Below, piece after piece: positions 27,217 through 40,290 of a stretch of DNA of 64,000 bases. A model generated the notes under the pieces. It worked only from the letters and a program-made list of their open reading frames with translations, made no database searches and had not been told where the DNA came from. Source of the DNA: Chrysomallon squamiferum (taxonomy: Eukaryota > Animalia > Mollusca); contig CM022671.1 of assembly GCA_012295275.1 (NCBI GenBank), forward strand, positions 6,634,001 to 6,698,000, written 5' to 3'. Positions within the stretch are counted from its first letter, which is position 1. Each line of letters starts with the position of its first letter. A program made the position numbers and the translations under genes.

Positions 27217-27775
27217 TGCACAGACATACTTAAAAACACACACACACACTAACACAATGAGAGGCTCATTAATGTTTGGTAACATACAAAATAACAAAAA
27301 AAATAAAATAAAAAATACATACACACACAAAACAACGCCCAGAAAACATATAAATTATGATGATAATAATCAATAAAATAATGGTGTTGATAATAGGAAT
27401 ATAAGCAATTGTAGTTGTTCTATTTTTCAGAAGGAGTTCTTTGTTTGAGACTCTCACATCTCTAGGTACTAGGAATATCCAGTGTGTACAGATAACACAG
27501 TCAGAAACTGGTTTTGGTTTTACATGTTGTCTATCCAGTAAAGAACTCATCAGTGTTATAGAGGCCAGCAGCTCCAGTGTTTTGAAGAAAGGAGATGTGT
27601 AAATATCTAACACCATTTTAAACTCAACGATCCTTGTACAAAACTGGAATTTAGAATTTAGAATTTGTCAGATGTTTTGAATGTATGGAGCATTAAAACT
27701 ACTATTGATTGTCAAGTTATTATATAGTCCATGTTTATTTAATTTTATTTATTTTAAATTTAAATTTCTTTTTTA

Positions 27776-27835
<60 letters not shown>

Positions 27836-30778
27836 TGTTGTTGAGTTGGTTGTTATTTTTAAATTTAATTTACCTTGTTTTTGTAATTTTGTTTTCAGAA
27901 TACTTGAGATGAATGGAATCTTGTTAACAAGGGGAGATAACTCAGTGGAGATTATAGTGGACAGAATGATGAGGAATTCGCAAAATCTTCAGCTGGTTTT
28001 TCTAAGACAAACAACAAAGTAAGTTAGTTTAACAAAAGATGTAAGTTACTGTTCAGAACAAAGTAAGTTCGTATTATCAAAAAAGTATGTTTGTCTTATG
28101 TTTCCCGTTCCAATCTGGTGCTCATCACTGCTTCTCAGTTTTTGTACAATCCTGCCCAGATGAAAACAAGCAAATGTAAGACCCTTTTCAAGTAACTGAT
28201 GGTTTGAGTTTATTTTCGTTTATTATTATTATTATTATTATTATTTAATAATTTTTTAAATATTTTTTTTACTGAAATACAATTTATTTTTAATTCACTT
28301 CAGACATAAATACTTACTATCTAAAACGTTAGTTTGGTGTTAAAACTAACATTTTGTGTTTCATTTCAGTGCTGCTGGAAAACAAGCTGAAGATGAAAAC
28401 ATTTCTCAGGACGTAAGTTGCTATTTTCATCTGAAATGTTCACAGAGTAAATAAATGCACACAAATAAAATAATTTACATTGTGAAATAAAACAAAAAAC
28501 ATATTTATACATAGGTTAATTGCTTACACTAGATGATAAACAGATCAAAAAAAAACTAACATTCAGGTCTGGAAGCTTAATTTGAAGACATATCTTTTGT
28601 AGTCTGTGTGTGGACATTGTTGATGATGTTGAGTGTCAGTGAATGTGTTTATTAACTACAGCAGGTTGGTTTAGTTTGGACAAGCAGTAATCCACTGTTT
28701 AGTCGCCTGTGTTATTGTTTACTGACACAGTGTAATTACTTGTGATTGTAATAACCTTTTAATAATGATTAAAAAAAAATCTGTTTCTTTTTTCATTTAT
28801 TATACATAGATGCAAACAGAAAATAAATAAATAGAATTAAATGGTTTTTTTAAGCATGCACACAAACACACACACACATGTGTGTGTGCATATGCACACA
28901 TGCAAACATGTACATAAACATACACACAAATTAATGTGTATTTACAATAAATGCACATGGATATCAACTATATGTAGCATTTAGAATATAGTTTTTATAG
29001 TAAAAGATTTTTTCAAAATAATGAAAATATTACTTACAACAATTACATGTAAAATTTTAATATTTATGTATGGATATTTTTAATTCATATTTTACATGAA
29101 ATGCAGCATCACTGCTCGGCAGACATAAAATGGAAACAGTTGCGAGATTTGCTGCACAAGATGAAGTCAGAACCAGTGGACACGAGCAGACTTCTCTCAG
29201 AAATACCTCAACAACAAATCAGTGAGATGAGGACAAAATACACCCAGCAGGTCTAAAACTTTTTAATTAAATCTGGTGAAAAATGCACTTAATAGATAGT
29301 TTACTACTTAAATTAGTTTATTTGTTTTGTATTTCAGGATATTCATATGTAAAATATACGTCATTTTGGAAATTATTGAACTAAACTGTGGTAAAAATAG
29401 TTTCTATCCTTTTCTTTTCATCTTTTATTATGTTTGGTTGTTTTTTTGGGTCTCAGATATAAAAATATAAAAATTATTTAAAAATTTGTTCCAGGCTGAT
29501 GTTGAAGAACTGAAGGAAGAGGTTAAAGAAAAACAAACAACAATAAACAAACTACAGAACAGTCTCACACTGAAGGTTTGTCCCATTGTGATGTCATGCT
29601 AAGAAAGTGCAACATTATTTATTAGGAAAATAGTATCTGCATGAAAAGATAACTCTGTTAGGTATAATAGATGAGTAAATTATAAATGAAATTTTATTAG
29701 AGTTTAAAAAAAAAAAAGTTCATCTTCAGCACAACATCAACCAGACAAAACGTAGACAGAAATTAAGAAAAAATTGTTTCAACTAAACAAATATCATTTA
29801 ATAATTTATATTATGAGGTTAAAATTTATTTACTTTAGAATCGAGAGTTAAGAGAAGTTGAGATGCAGCGAGATTCAGCTTTGGGCAGACTGCACAGTCC
29901 AGGTTTTTACAGATTTATTTTAAATTGCTGATAGTTTAATCTTTGGTTACAAGAAAACATCAAGTAAGCTGGGTCTGGAAGTGGAAAAAACTTTCATATT
30001 TCTGGTTTATGAATGTCGTGCTTTCTTGTATTATAATTATGATGTTTATTTGATGCTTAATAACTGTCAATATTGAGAAAAACTTGGTGTCATTTACTTA
30101 TTTAATTAATTAAATTAGTAAATAAAACTAAACATTTTTCTTTAATTTAATATGATGTATTTATAAAGAAAGGTTAGTAGAATGTTCAGATGAATTCATG
30201 AACAGGGTGATGATTGTAAGCATTATTTGTAATCTGCAAGTTTTGTAGTGTGTATGAACAGAGTAAATTTTGAAACATTTTGTCAGTTGAAATGTTTTTG
30301 TTTTCTACAGCAAACAAAAATAACAAGACATGTCCTGACCTCTACAAACCATTGTGGGAGCATTTTGAATCTGACAAAGTCTCAAAGGTACTCATCTTTT
30401 CATTTATTTTTACAATCTGTTGTTAATTAAAATTTTAAAATCTATGTAAATGCATGTTTTCTTTTTTTTCTAACATTTCTAGAAAGTAATACAAGACATT
30501 GTTAATTATAAATTTAAATAAAAATTCAGGGTATAATTAAAAATAAACATTAGTATTGTATACAAAATTATGATGAAAATTATTAATTTAAACAAATTCA
30601 GGGAGACATACTGAAGTCACTGAAAGAATTAATGATTGAAGCTGGGCAGCAGAAATCTTATTTTGATCATCTACTTTCCACCGTCATTCAGAGAGCACCA
30701 GAGCTCCTAGAAGAGGTGGATGCTAACTTCCAGGATCTGTCAAGGAGTGGTGCTTTGCATGAGGAGGAATTTTGTTAA
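24352..30778 (+). CDS. Uncharacterised ~436-aa protein: SAM domain, PDZ domain, coiled coil, C-terminal FIP-RBD (Rab11-binding)-like helix
   Basis: 13 phase-consistent exons: 24352-24382, 25402-25439, 25763-25841, 26060-26110, 26668-~26905, 27431-27598, 27899-28018, 28370-28412, 29107-29250, 29495-29575, 29839-29902, 30311-30387, 30602-30778. SAM: KPVELWSTPDVIKWLQRNNL...EITGKDLVDL...EDRELFLSEL. PDZ: SETGFGFT...LKKGDVILEMNG...LQLVFLR. RBD-like: SKGDILKSLKELMIEAGQQKSYFDHLLSTVIQRAPELLE. The start exon is less certain. Confidence 0.8.
26324..26640. repeat. ~27-bp minisatellite (atacagtgtatattagatgtatattta)
   Basis: Roughly a dozen tandem degenerate units in an intron. Related dispersed units occur at ~24535-24820. 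Confidence 0.9.
27160..27413. repeat. ~250-bp segment shared with intron 5 of FPPS-like copy A (~34587-34838)
   Basis: Same order and orientation: (CT)n(CA)n, cactaacaca.tgagagg.tcattaatgtttggtaacatacaaaataa, cacaaaacaa.gcccagaaa, taaattatgatgataataatca, taataggaatataa.ca.ttgtag. Confidence 0.85.
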
Positions 30779-31160
30779 TAACAAAGTTTTGATTTGTGTT
30801 CTACAGGGTAAAACAAGCTCAAAGAGAAAATTACTATTATTATTATTATTATTATATCAGTTTTTATGATTGATATTATTTATTATGTATAAAAATATTT
30901 AAAAAACCCAGGGTAATGTATATTTAAAATAATGCAAGTTGATTTACACAATATTTATTTTGTTCAACAGTCATAAGATGTGTATAAAGACTTTTTCTAA
31001 CAGATATATAGTGAAATGTGAACACTGACAATTACATAAGTGGAATGAAAGGTTTAAATTTTATTTATGACCTATAAATGTACGTATCAAAATTTGCTAA
31101 ATATCAACATTTTTATGAATCATAGTCTTCATATAAAAGTGATGTTCAGTTTTAAAATAA

Positions 31161-31191
<31 letters not shown>

Positions 31192-32689
31192 ACCTTGACA
31201 ATGAATCATGCAAACTGATTCTGATTCATTTTATGATCATGATTCTGAATTACAATTCACATTCATGTTTGATGATTCTCACTTCAGTTTGTGATTTTGA
31301 TCATGATTAAAATTTCTACAATTGTGATTAATTTGTAAGCACAATCTGATATGACTTCATGTTCCCAAATGATAATTACATTTCAGATTTAAATTTGTGA
31401 TAACTGATTTTGATTTGTAATTATGTCTCTTGTATAATTTTATTTCTTGCTTGTGATTTGAGATAATTACATCAGTTTATAAAAGTGTTACTCTTGACTT
31501 TTATATCAAAGTGCCTTCAAATTGTCTTATATTTAAATCTCGTACGATCTGAAATTTGTTCAAGATTTTATTTTATTTATACATTGTTAATTACATCAAA
31601 CAGAAATGTAAACAAAAAAACAAAAAAATTGTTATCTTTGATTTTGTAAATTTTCTTGTTTGTAAATATTACCAAATTTTCATGTATATATATATCAAAC
31701 AATACGAGAGCTTTCTGTGCAGGTCTGAAACTTCGAGATTTTTCCAGATTTTATCAAATGTGTTTTTGCTTTGTTTTATTTCTCAAACATGTGTTACTGG
31801 GTGCTGGTTTGTATATATTAAAAACTTATTTACATTAATTACGAATGTTTGCTGGTTAATATATTCTGTGTCAAATCTGTTCAGTTGTCTTTATTAATAT
31901 TTATGGTCAAACGAGAATACTGCAACAGCAGTTCACTGAATGTAATCAGTGTTGTATTTGTATACAGGTCATCTAAATAGTAACTTACCTGTCACACACA
32001 CACACACACACAGCGTCTGTTTAATATCAAACACATTTTTTATTTTATTTATTCGATTACTTTCTGTCCTTGCTTTTATAGAACTGCTGCTGTTATCAAG
32101 CAATCAGAATTTTATTTTTTTTAGAACAGTAACAAGTTTTTTATTTATTAATTTATTTATGAGGTTTTGTCACTGAGCTGCATTCATTTAATTTGTACTT
32201 AATATTTTATACTTAATATTTGTACTTAATATTTACTCTTCATTTTTGTTTCTTTGTTTGTTTCCTTATTTAATTTTCTTTGCTATACAGTGAAACACTG
32301 AAACTCTATTTTTTTTTCTATCTCCCTACTCACTGTCTTCTCACTGTGTGCTCACTGTATTAACTGTTTACTCACAACAAACTAAATTAATCTGATTTAG
32401 GAACAACACAGTGACTGTTTCAATAAAACAAGAATTTTTGTTATTGAAAACAGTTTTCTCAGAAGTGTGTATTTCTCCTGATCTTAATGTTTGACTTGAC
32501 TTTACTAATAACTGTTCAAGTGTTCATTTGAAATTTCTGTTTCCTTTTTTAGACATTATTTTTGTCACATTTACTTAATATTAAAACTTAGGTGCAAACA
32601 CCATGTTCAGAATCAATGTAATCTGTGCTACATTATTGTTTGTTAAACATTTTCAATTGCAGAAGTTTTCTATTTGTGTTCAATATATT

Positions 32690-32920
32690 TGTATTTACCT
32701 AGGTGTAATATATTTATACATTGACAGTATATTTGTTATTTCCTGGGTGTAATATAATTATATTTATATACCAACAATATATATGTTATTACCTGGGTGT
32801 GATATAATTATATTTATATACTGACAGTATATTTGTTATTACCTGGGTGTAATATAATTATATTGATATACTGACAATATATTTGTTATTACCTGGATGT
32901 AATATATTTATTACCTGGGC
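32690..32920. repeat. ~45-50-bp minisatellite (tatttgttattacctgggtgtaatataattatatttatatactgacagta)
   Basis: About 5 tandem degenerate units between the two convergent genes. Confidence 0.85.
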
Positions 32921-33493
32921 ATTACATAATATTTTTCTGTCAGTATTTTAATTTTGTTATTAATTTTTGAAATATAATTCATTTCCTTTATTTATTGTTG
33001 AAATTATATTTTATGTAAATGAAAAAAAAAAAAAAATCTTTTTCAATAAACAATTGAAGTTTGTTGTGAGGACATTATATAAACAAACATTTTAACTTAC
33101 TGACCATATTTAACTAGACTACAACAGCAACAACACGAAATGTAGACAGAAATTAAGAAAAATGGTATGAAGCACTTAAAAGTATATATATATATATATA
33201 CAAACCATATTCCTAATATTAAAAACAATTTTTTCTGTGTTTATATGACAATGAAAGTTATCACCATGATTACTTTTGCTTACACCTCCCCATGTTAAAA
33301 AAAGAAAAGAAAAGAAAAAAAAAAAAAAAAAAAAAAGATAAGTACGATCGTTGTAAGCCAGTAAAGACAAACAGTCTCAGGAGCAAATATAAAACTTGAA
33401 CAAACAACTGGGTTTACTTGTAATACGTTTATTTATTTCATAAATAATTTTCAACCAATCAGGTTGAAATACGTTCAGGTCAAAGTTCAGTTA

Positions 33494-34199
33494 TCAGACG
33501 TATTTAAACTCATCCATGTCTTTGAGAAACTTAAAAAGAACAACTTTAGGCACTGGGCCGTTGTAGTCGTCAATCATCTTGGCAATCTGGTTATGACGTG
33601 ATTTCTGGTGTTGTGCAAAAGCCTCTTTCAGCTTAAGTTCGTTGTACAGTTTCCGCACAACCTCTACACAGGCTGGGTCGCTGCGTCCGTAGTTTGCCTG
33701 TAGAAACAGAAAAATCTCTTTAAAAATCTCACACAGCAACTGAGTGACTAACGTGTATATAATCGATATCTACTCTCTGTCTTTCTGTCTGATTCTGTCT
33801 GTTAGTCTACAGAACAAATCTGATATATCTAATATTAAAGCTGTTAATGTTAAAAATCATTACCTATTAATATTAGCTAAAACTAATTATCTTTTAATAT
33901 CTGATAATATTGTGTGTTTCATTATTCACTGTCTTTAGTTGATGAAATGTTTACAGTTTACCAAAACGAGTCTGTACCTCTGTGTACATTTTTGTTTTAT
34001 TTCTTTATCGTATAGATAGACACAGATACAGATATTGTCTGGACTTACCTTCAGAATTTCAAGCTGCTTTTCTGAACATCTGGCCAGTGCTTGGCCGAAC
34101 AACCACGTACATTTTCCTTTTTCTACGTCTGTCCCAAATGTCTCTCCAAAGCAATCCATGTAGTCATTCTACAAAACCAGAAATAATTATCTCAAAATC

Positions 34200-34260
<61 letters not shown>

Positions 34261-34584
34261 AGGCTGACAGAGAAAAAATAGATAAATTATTTTTTTACGT
34301 TGCAAATTCGTAGTCATAATAATATGATTTACATGTCTATTACAATATATATCGGAATATGACAATTTAATATTTTATTTTCATTTATTTATATTTTATA
34401 TTTTCATTTGCTTTATGTATATAGACGCAGACAAACATATACATATGCTTAATATGCAGACAAACAGACACTAACCTGTTCTTGTCGCCAGCAACCAATC
34501 ACTTTGCAGATTTCTTGAATACTTTTATAATCCTTATCATCTGTAATTCCTGACTGAAATCAGATTTGTACCTGTTATTGTTTC

Positions 34585-34667
<83 letters not shown>

Positions 34668-35827
34668 ACACACACACACAAACACACACTAACACATTGA
34701 GAGGATCATTAATGTTTGGTAACATACAAAATAAAAAAAATGCATGCGCACACAAAACAAAGCCCAGAAAACATAAATTATGATGATAATAATCATTAAA
34801 ATAATGATGTTTCTTAATAGGAATATAAACAGTTGTAGGAGTTACAGTAGTAGTAGTAGTAATAAAAATAATGACGATGATCATAAAAATTAGTGAAAAA
34901 TAATAAAGAAATGTGACAAGGTTGCTGGGTGTTAACAATTTGGTGGTGTGTAAATTGTGGGAATATACATGACTTCATCTTTTCTCTTACAGTATTAGGC
35001 TGTTCCTGCCCACGACAGGCTTGCTTCAGCCTTTAATAGATGTACATTCATACTGTCTGCAGACAGAGAAAAAGAATACTTTCATTATATAGACAGACAA
35101 ATGGACACAGATAACAAGAACAGAAAAGACTGACAGATAGAGAGATAACCAGATATCAGACAGACAAACATATACAGAGTTATGCAGACACTTACCAGCA
35201 TCATGGCTATGACGAAAGGCAGACACATGTAAACTTCAGTCTTGATTCTTGTCAGCGTCTCGCACTTTTCTGTGGTCATATCCTTCCAGTCTGATATCAG
35301 AACCTGACGAAGAGCTAGAAACTCCCAGAACATGACCTGAAACACAGACCCAATTCATTTAAATATAATAAAACAATTATGATTGTACATACATAAATTC
35401 AGACAGTCAACCATACACATACATGCACATATACATACATATATACATACATATATACAAACAGACTGTCGTATATTCATTCATACATACATACACATAC
35501 ATACATATATACAAACAGACTGTCGTATATTCATTCATACAGAATACACAGACACAGGTATCGACATTCGGACAGTATACAAGACTTACACAAGACTTAC
35601 AAAATCAGACATGTATAAGACAGAGAGAATATTCAAATCCTAAACCACATAAATATATGCATACACACAAACACAAGATGTAAAACAAAAAACAGTTATA
35701 CTCACATCTCCGAAGAAGTCGAAGAGACGAACATAGTAACTTTTCTTCCCAAAATATTTCTTCATTATCTTGTAACAACAACAGTAATAAAACCCACTGT
35801 CCAAATAGACAATATCTCCAACACCTT

Positions 35828-35886
<59 letters not shown>

Positions 35887-37561
35887 TACTGATAATAATT
35901 CTTAAAGTGTAAAATAAATAGTTAGAACACTTACAATGGAATGCCATGTTGGTGCACCGTCTCTCACTTTCTTTCCGTCGAACATGTCGTCACACATTAG
36001 CCCGGCATTCTTGTACTAAAACACAAAATCGAAATTATGACACGGTTTAAACGATTATATAAAATTCCTTTCTTGTGAAGGATTTTATGTACTGTATAAC
36101 CATAACGTTAATAAATACAAAATTAAAATATGTTACTAAATGACATCAGGAAATACTGATTTAACATATTATAGTCCGGGTTTATAATGACGTCATACAT
36201 TATTATTATTATCGATGATGATCACCTACAAAATATTTAGTACGTTTCTGCAAATAACCCATTTCGTTCTCGCGAAATTGCGCGATACTTTCTGGGCGGT
36301 CGCCAGAGAGCATAAAAACAGCAAAGATCGTTGTTCAAAAATTGCCTTCTGTCGGTCCATTTGAAAAATCTTTTTAAAGAAACTTAGTTCGATGACGTAG
36401 CATACATATCTTGCTTCAATTTTGCTTTCGATTTTAGAATATTGGTCAACGAGAAGTGTATGAAATTTTTGATGAAAACATCTTTCTGGAAACCTCAGCA
36501 GTCATCGATTACTGGAAAAATCGTAAGTGAGTCCAGCAGTCCAAACATGTTCCTGCTTATTAACTACTATTCTGCTTAATTTCAAAAAAGTTGCGAGCGA
36601 TGATTCTATGGTTGCGAAAACGCAATGCGGACGCAAAGCCCGCCCTTCAGAGAAGTCATTTCAGGTTACGTGACGTCAACGTCGCTTTCTGATGGACAAA
36701 CATTGGTGTACCGTAAATTTCAGCTAATTAGTTCGATTAATGAATTAATTAAAATTCATAAATATCAACAACTTGCTTAAAAATACAGTACGTGTTTAGA
36801 ACTCATAAAAAGCTTTATGTTGATGTATAATACATGTATAGTGACGGAAGCTTTATGAGATATTGTGTTTATGCTGCAACATGACTGAAACGCATCACAC
36901 GTTCTGTGTAGATTATGAAGGAAAAATGGCAGCAAATTTTATCCCGATAAAAATTCGTAACTTTTTTCGTGTCAATGCTATTAAAGAAATCTTGGTGACA
37001 TTTTAATATGATTTTTTTTTATTATTTTTTAATTTTTTTTGCTCTTTCTAATGATATATAATGTTTCAGAAAAATATGAATTTTGATAATTTTGTCACAT
37101 ACCTATAGTTTAGTAAGAGGACATTTTCCAAGAAATAGTTTTTATATTATTTCAGTTTGCAACACGTTCCCATATACACTGAAATGAGCCAGTAGTAAAC
37201 AAGTAGGTATACAAATAATGAAAATCTTACTATCTCCGCACACCAGCCTAGAACACGAGCCTCGTGAAGATCTTTTTCCGAACAGTTTGGATTCATCGCC
37301 TTGTACAGATCGACAACCATCTGACCGTAGAACGGATACACCTTCGTGTTTGTGTACTCGAAAGCCTGACAAAAAATATAAAGAATATCATTCTGTGTCC
37401 ATAACAGAAAGGCCTTTTGGTTGTTCTATTATTATTATTACCTTTTTATACTCGTTTTTCGCTTCTCTGACGTCATCTCCCATCATTTCCGGACTGAAAA
37501 GGTAGTCTTTGAGAGTCACAAACACCTCCCGAAACTTCTTTGTATCCTCCTCGGTTGCCAT
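33494..37561 (-). CDS. FPPS-like (trans-IDS fold) protein copy A, 333 aa; candidate IDS-derived terpene synthase
   Basis: Eight phase-0 exons: 37561-37442, 37365-37231, 36015-35935, 35828-35706, 35336-35196, 34553-34476, 34168-34049, 33697-33494, with no stops. Motifs ARVLGWCAEI, FARM DDMFD, KTEVY, SARM NDYMD, GTDVEKGKCTWL and NYG...VRKLYNELKL are FPPS-family landmarks. Confidence 0.93.
36241..37110. mobile_element. ~870-bp insertion in intron 2 of copy A; putative non-autonomous element
   Basis: Absent at the homologous site in copies B and C (aaatatttag|tgagagg). Flanked by a TTTAGTA direct repeat (36236-36242, 37109-37115). Terminal inverted similarity is weak, and the insert is richer in CpG than its surroundings. 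Confidence 0.6.
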
Positions 37562-37821
37562 GGTAACTGCACGTGGAAAGCGAACTGAAGTAAGTAATGA
37601 ATGAATGAATGATTACCTCACGGTATGTTTATTTAGATGTTTTAAAACAGAATTGTTTGTTCTTTGCCTTTTTTGGTAAAAATTAACTTATAAAGGGAAT
37701 GGCTATGAGATTCTGTTGTCGTCACGTTAGTGTATCAATAAAAAATAAAAAAGTTATATTGACAAATTTAAACTGCTCACCCAGTGGTATCACGTATACA
37801 CATCCATACATACATACACAG

Positions 37822-37906
<85 letters not shown>

Positions 37907-38357
37907 TTTGTGTATATATATATATAACAAAATTAATACTTTATAATTTATGTGTGAATAACAAAATATCTGAACACATGATAGATCTACACTCACTCGA
38001 GCCTCCTCATCCACAACTAAAGTAATTAAAGATTAAAGTGTTTTTTTATTATTATTATTATTATTTTTTTTTTTTGAAAATTACTTTATATGAACCAGTA
38101 TGAATAACTTAAATAATCATCCATTTTAGGGAAAACAGATTAATTGAAACGATCTGACTATACACTGAAATTTAATTTTCATTTAGTTTTCCTTTTAATT
38201 TTAATCTGCTTGCATATCTTTAAAACCTATCTAATTTTAGTTTTATTCAATGTAATTAAAAACAATAAACAAATAAATAAAAAAATAAAAAATGCCTAAC
38301 GAATGATAAAGTCAGTGAAGAAGTAAATGTGAAAGATATAAAATATAAAGTACTTAC

Positions 38358-38470
38358 TTGTAAATGAATGGGAGTTTTGTTACACGTTTTGTGTTTGTCG
38401 ATTGTAACGTCTTGCTTATCCACTGAATATATACTGTGTGTGTTGCCAACAGACGGCGCATAGCACCTGT
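38358..38470 (-). promoter_or_regulatory. Putative core promoter and non-coding first exon of copy A
   Basis: Minus strand: CAGGTG...TTGGCAACAC...TATATAT, then a short segment ending TACAA|gtaagt (donor at 38357). Confidence 0.55.
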
Positions 38471-38671
38471 TGAAAAATCAAATACTACATGATTATAATA
38501 TAGACTGATCAAGTGATCGGTGGAATAGGATTTCATACAACAGGTGGAAAGACAGATGTGGTTATAATGTTACGTTAAAAAAACGTATTTGACAAAGTAC
38601 TCGCGATCTACTAATCTTTATATCCACACACACCTACATAGCTCTGTAGATAGATGATATATACACATACA

Positions 38672-38707
<36 letters not shown>

Positions 38708-38897
38708 TATATGTTACAGTTAATCTGTATAATCGGGTAATATTACCTGAAACGTACAGACAAGACTCTTATTTTACTGAATGAATAACTTTAAACAATA
38801 ATATGCTGGCAATCTTTATTGGCTCAAAACGTATAGCATCTGCAAAAAAAAAAAACCCAAATCACCCATACACTCAGAATAAACAACAATTAAAAAC

Positions 38898-39150
38898 AAG
38901 TCTATTGATCAATGTAGTCAAAGTTGTCAATTCAAAATAAATATTAATCAGTATAGTCAAAACAAGTCTATTGATCAGTGTTGTCAAAGGTGTCAATTCA
39001 AAATAAGTCTGTTAATCTGTGTAGTCAAAGTTGTCAGTTCAAAACAAGTCTATTGATCAGTGTAGTCAAAGGTGTCAATTCAAAATAAGTCTGTTAATCT
39101 GTGTAGTCAAAGTTGTCAGTTCAAAACAAGTCTATTAGTCTAGTCAAAAT
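38898..39150. repeat. ~41-bp minisatellite (aagtctattgatcagtgtagtcaaaggtgtcaattcaaaat)
   Basis: About 6 tandem units between copies A and B. Confidence 0.85.
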
Positions 39151-39350
39151 TCATTGCTTGTAGTTATTCATTCAGACAAATTAGTAGATTGTGAGTACTT
39201 TGTAAAACATTGATCAAAAGATTTGTTTTGAAATGAGAACTTGGTCTATATTGATGTAAAGACTTGTCAATACCATTCAGAACGTTTCAGGTATTCTTTA
39301 TAAATTAGTGAAGTATATTTTAGGTAATATGTATATGTATAGATTAACTG

Positions 39351-39466
<116 letters not shown>

Positions 39467-40290
39467 ATTTATTTATAGATATAGCAATAGATTAGATAGG
39501 TATGTCTGTATGTATGTGTATGTGTTTGTGTGTATAGATATATTGTCAGTGTCGAAAGAAGATGAAATTAACACAACACACTCACATACACACACATAAA
39601 GCAGACACCATACGCAAATAATGCTGAATACAGGAATTAGAGTTTTCATACAGGTAAGTACGTAGACCTCAGTAAGCGTGTATTTTATTTGTTTACACAT
39701 CCTACACACAACGAGAAAATCATTTCTTTAGATAAACATAACAAAACATGAGAATATTTTAGACAACTGTCATATGTCAGCGTTTCGTTTACTGACACTC
39801 CATTATTTTCGTTAAGTTAATGTTTCTCCGAGTTAGGAAATCTGCTGCTATCTCTGTAGAATAGTAGTAGTATGTCATGCGACTTTAGTGTGTAACGGAA
39901 GTTTTAAGGACTGTCGATCTTCTGAAATTTTAATTTCACTGATCTTCAGAAAGATGTGTTATGAATTACTTCCCCTATCACACTTTCCATATATATATAT
40001 ATATTTTAAAGACCTTTGAATGATAATAATATTTCCAACAGTGAAGGTCAAACATTTCAGCTTTGTGAAAAAACGCGTCACTTGGATCTAAATTCACAAT
40101 TATTATTATTTCCACAAAATGACAGCAAATTCAGAATTACTGAGAAAACCGAAAATCTAGCAATATATAAATAAATAACGGTCTCAGGAGCAAATATAAA
40201 ATTTGAACAAACAGCTGGGTTTACTTGTAATACATTTATTTAATAACTTAAAACATTTCATAAATAATTGAAATACGTGCAGGTCAGTTA

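Noticed and set aside
34991-35056. Possible 66-nt poison exon in intron 5 of copies A and B (cag|ACAGTATGA...ACT|gtaaga)
   Set aside because: The donor is absent in copy C, the frame-0 stop differs between A and B, and the similarity is explained by recent duplication.
38354-38466. Upstream exon as a mitochondrial targeting peptide (MRRLLATHTV...) for copy A, as in some FPPS isoforms
   Set aside because: It ends in phase 2 while both candidate acceptors before the ATG need phase 1. The frame is not conserved among A, B and C, and the segment contains the TATA-like cassette, so promoter/5'UTR fits better.
26324-39150. 27-50-bp tandem repeats as CRISPR-like arrays
   Set aside because: Units are contiguous and degenerate with no unique spacers, the context is eukaryotic, and there are no cas genes.
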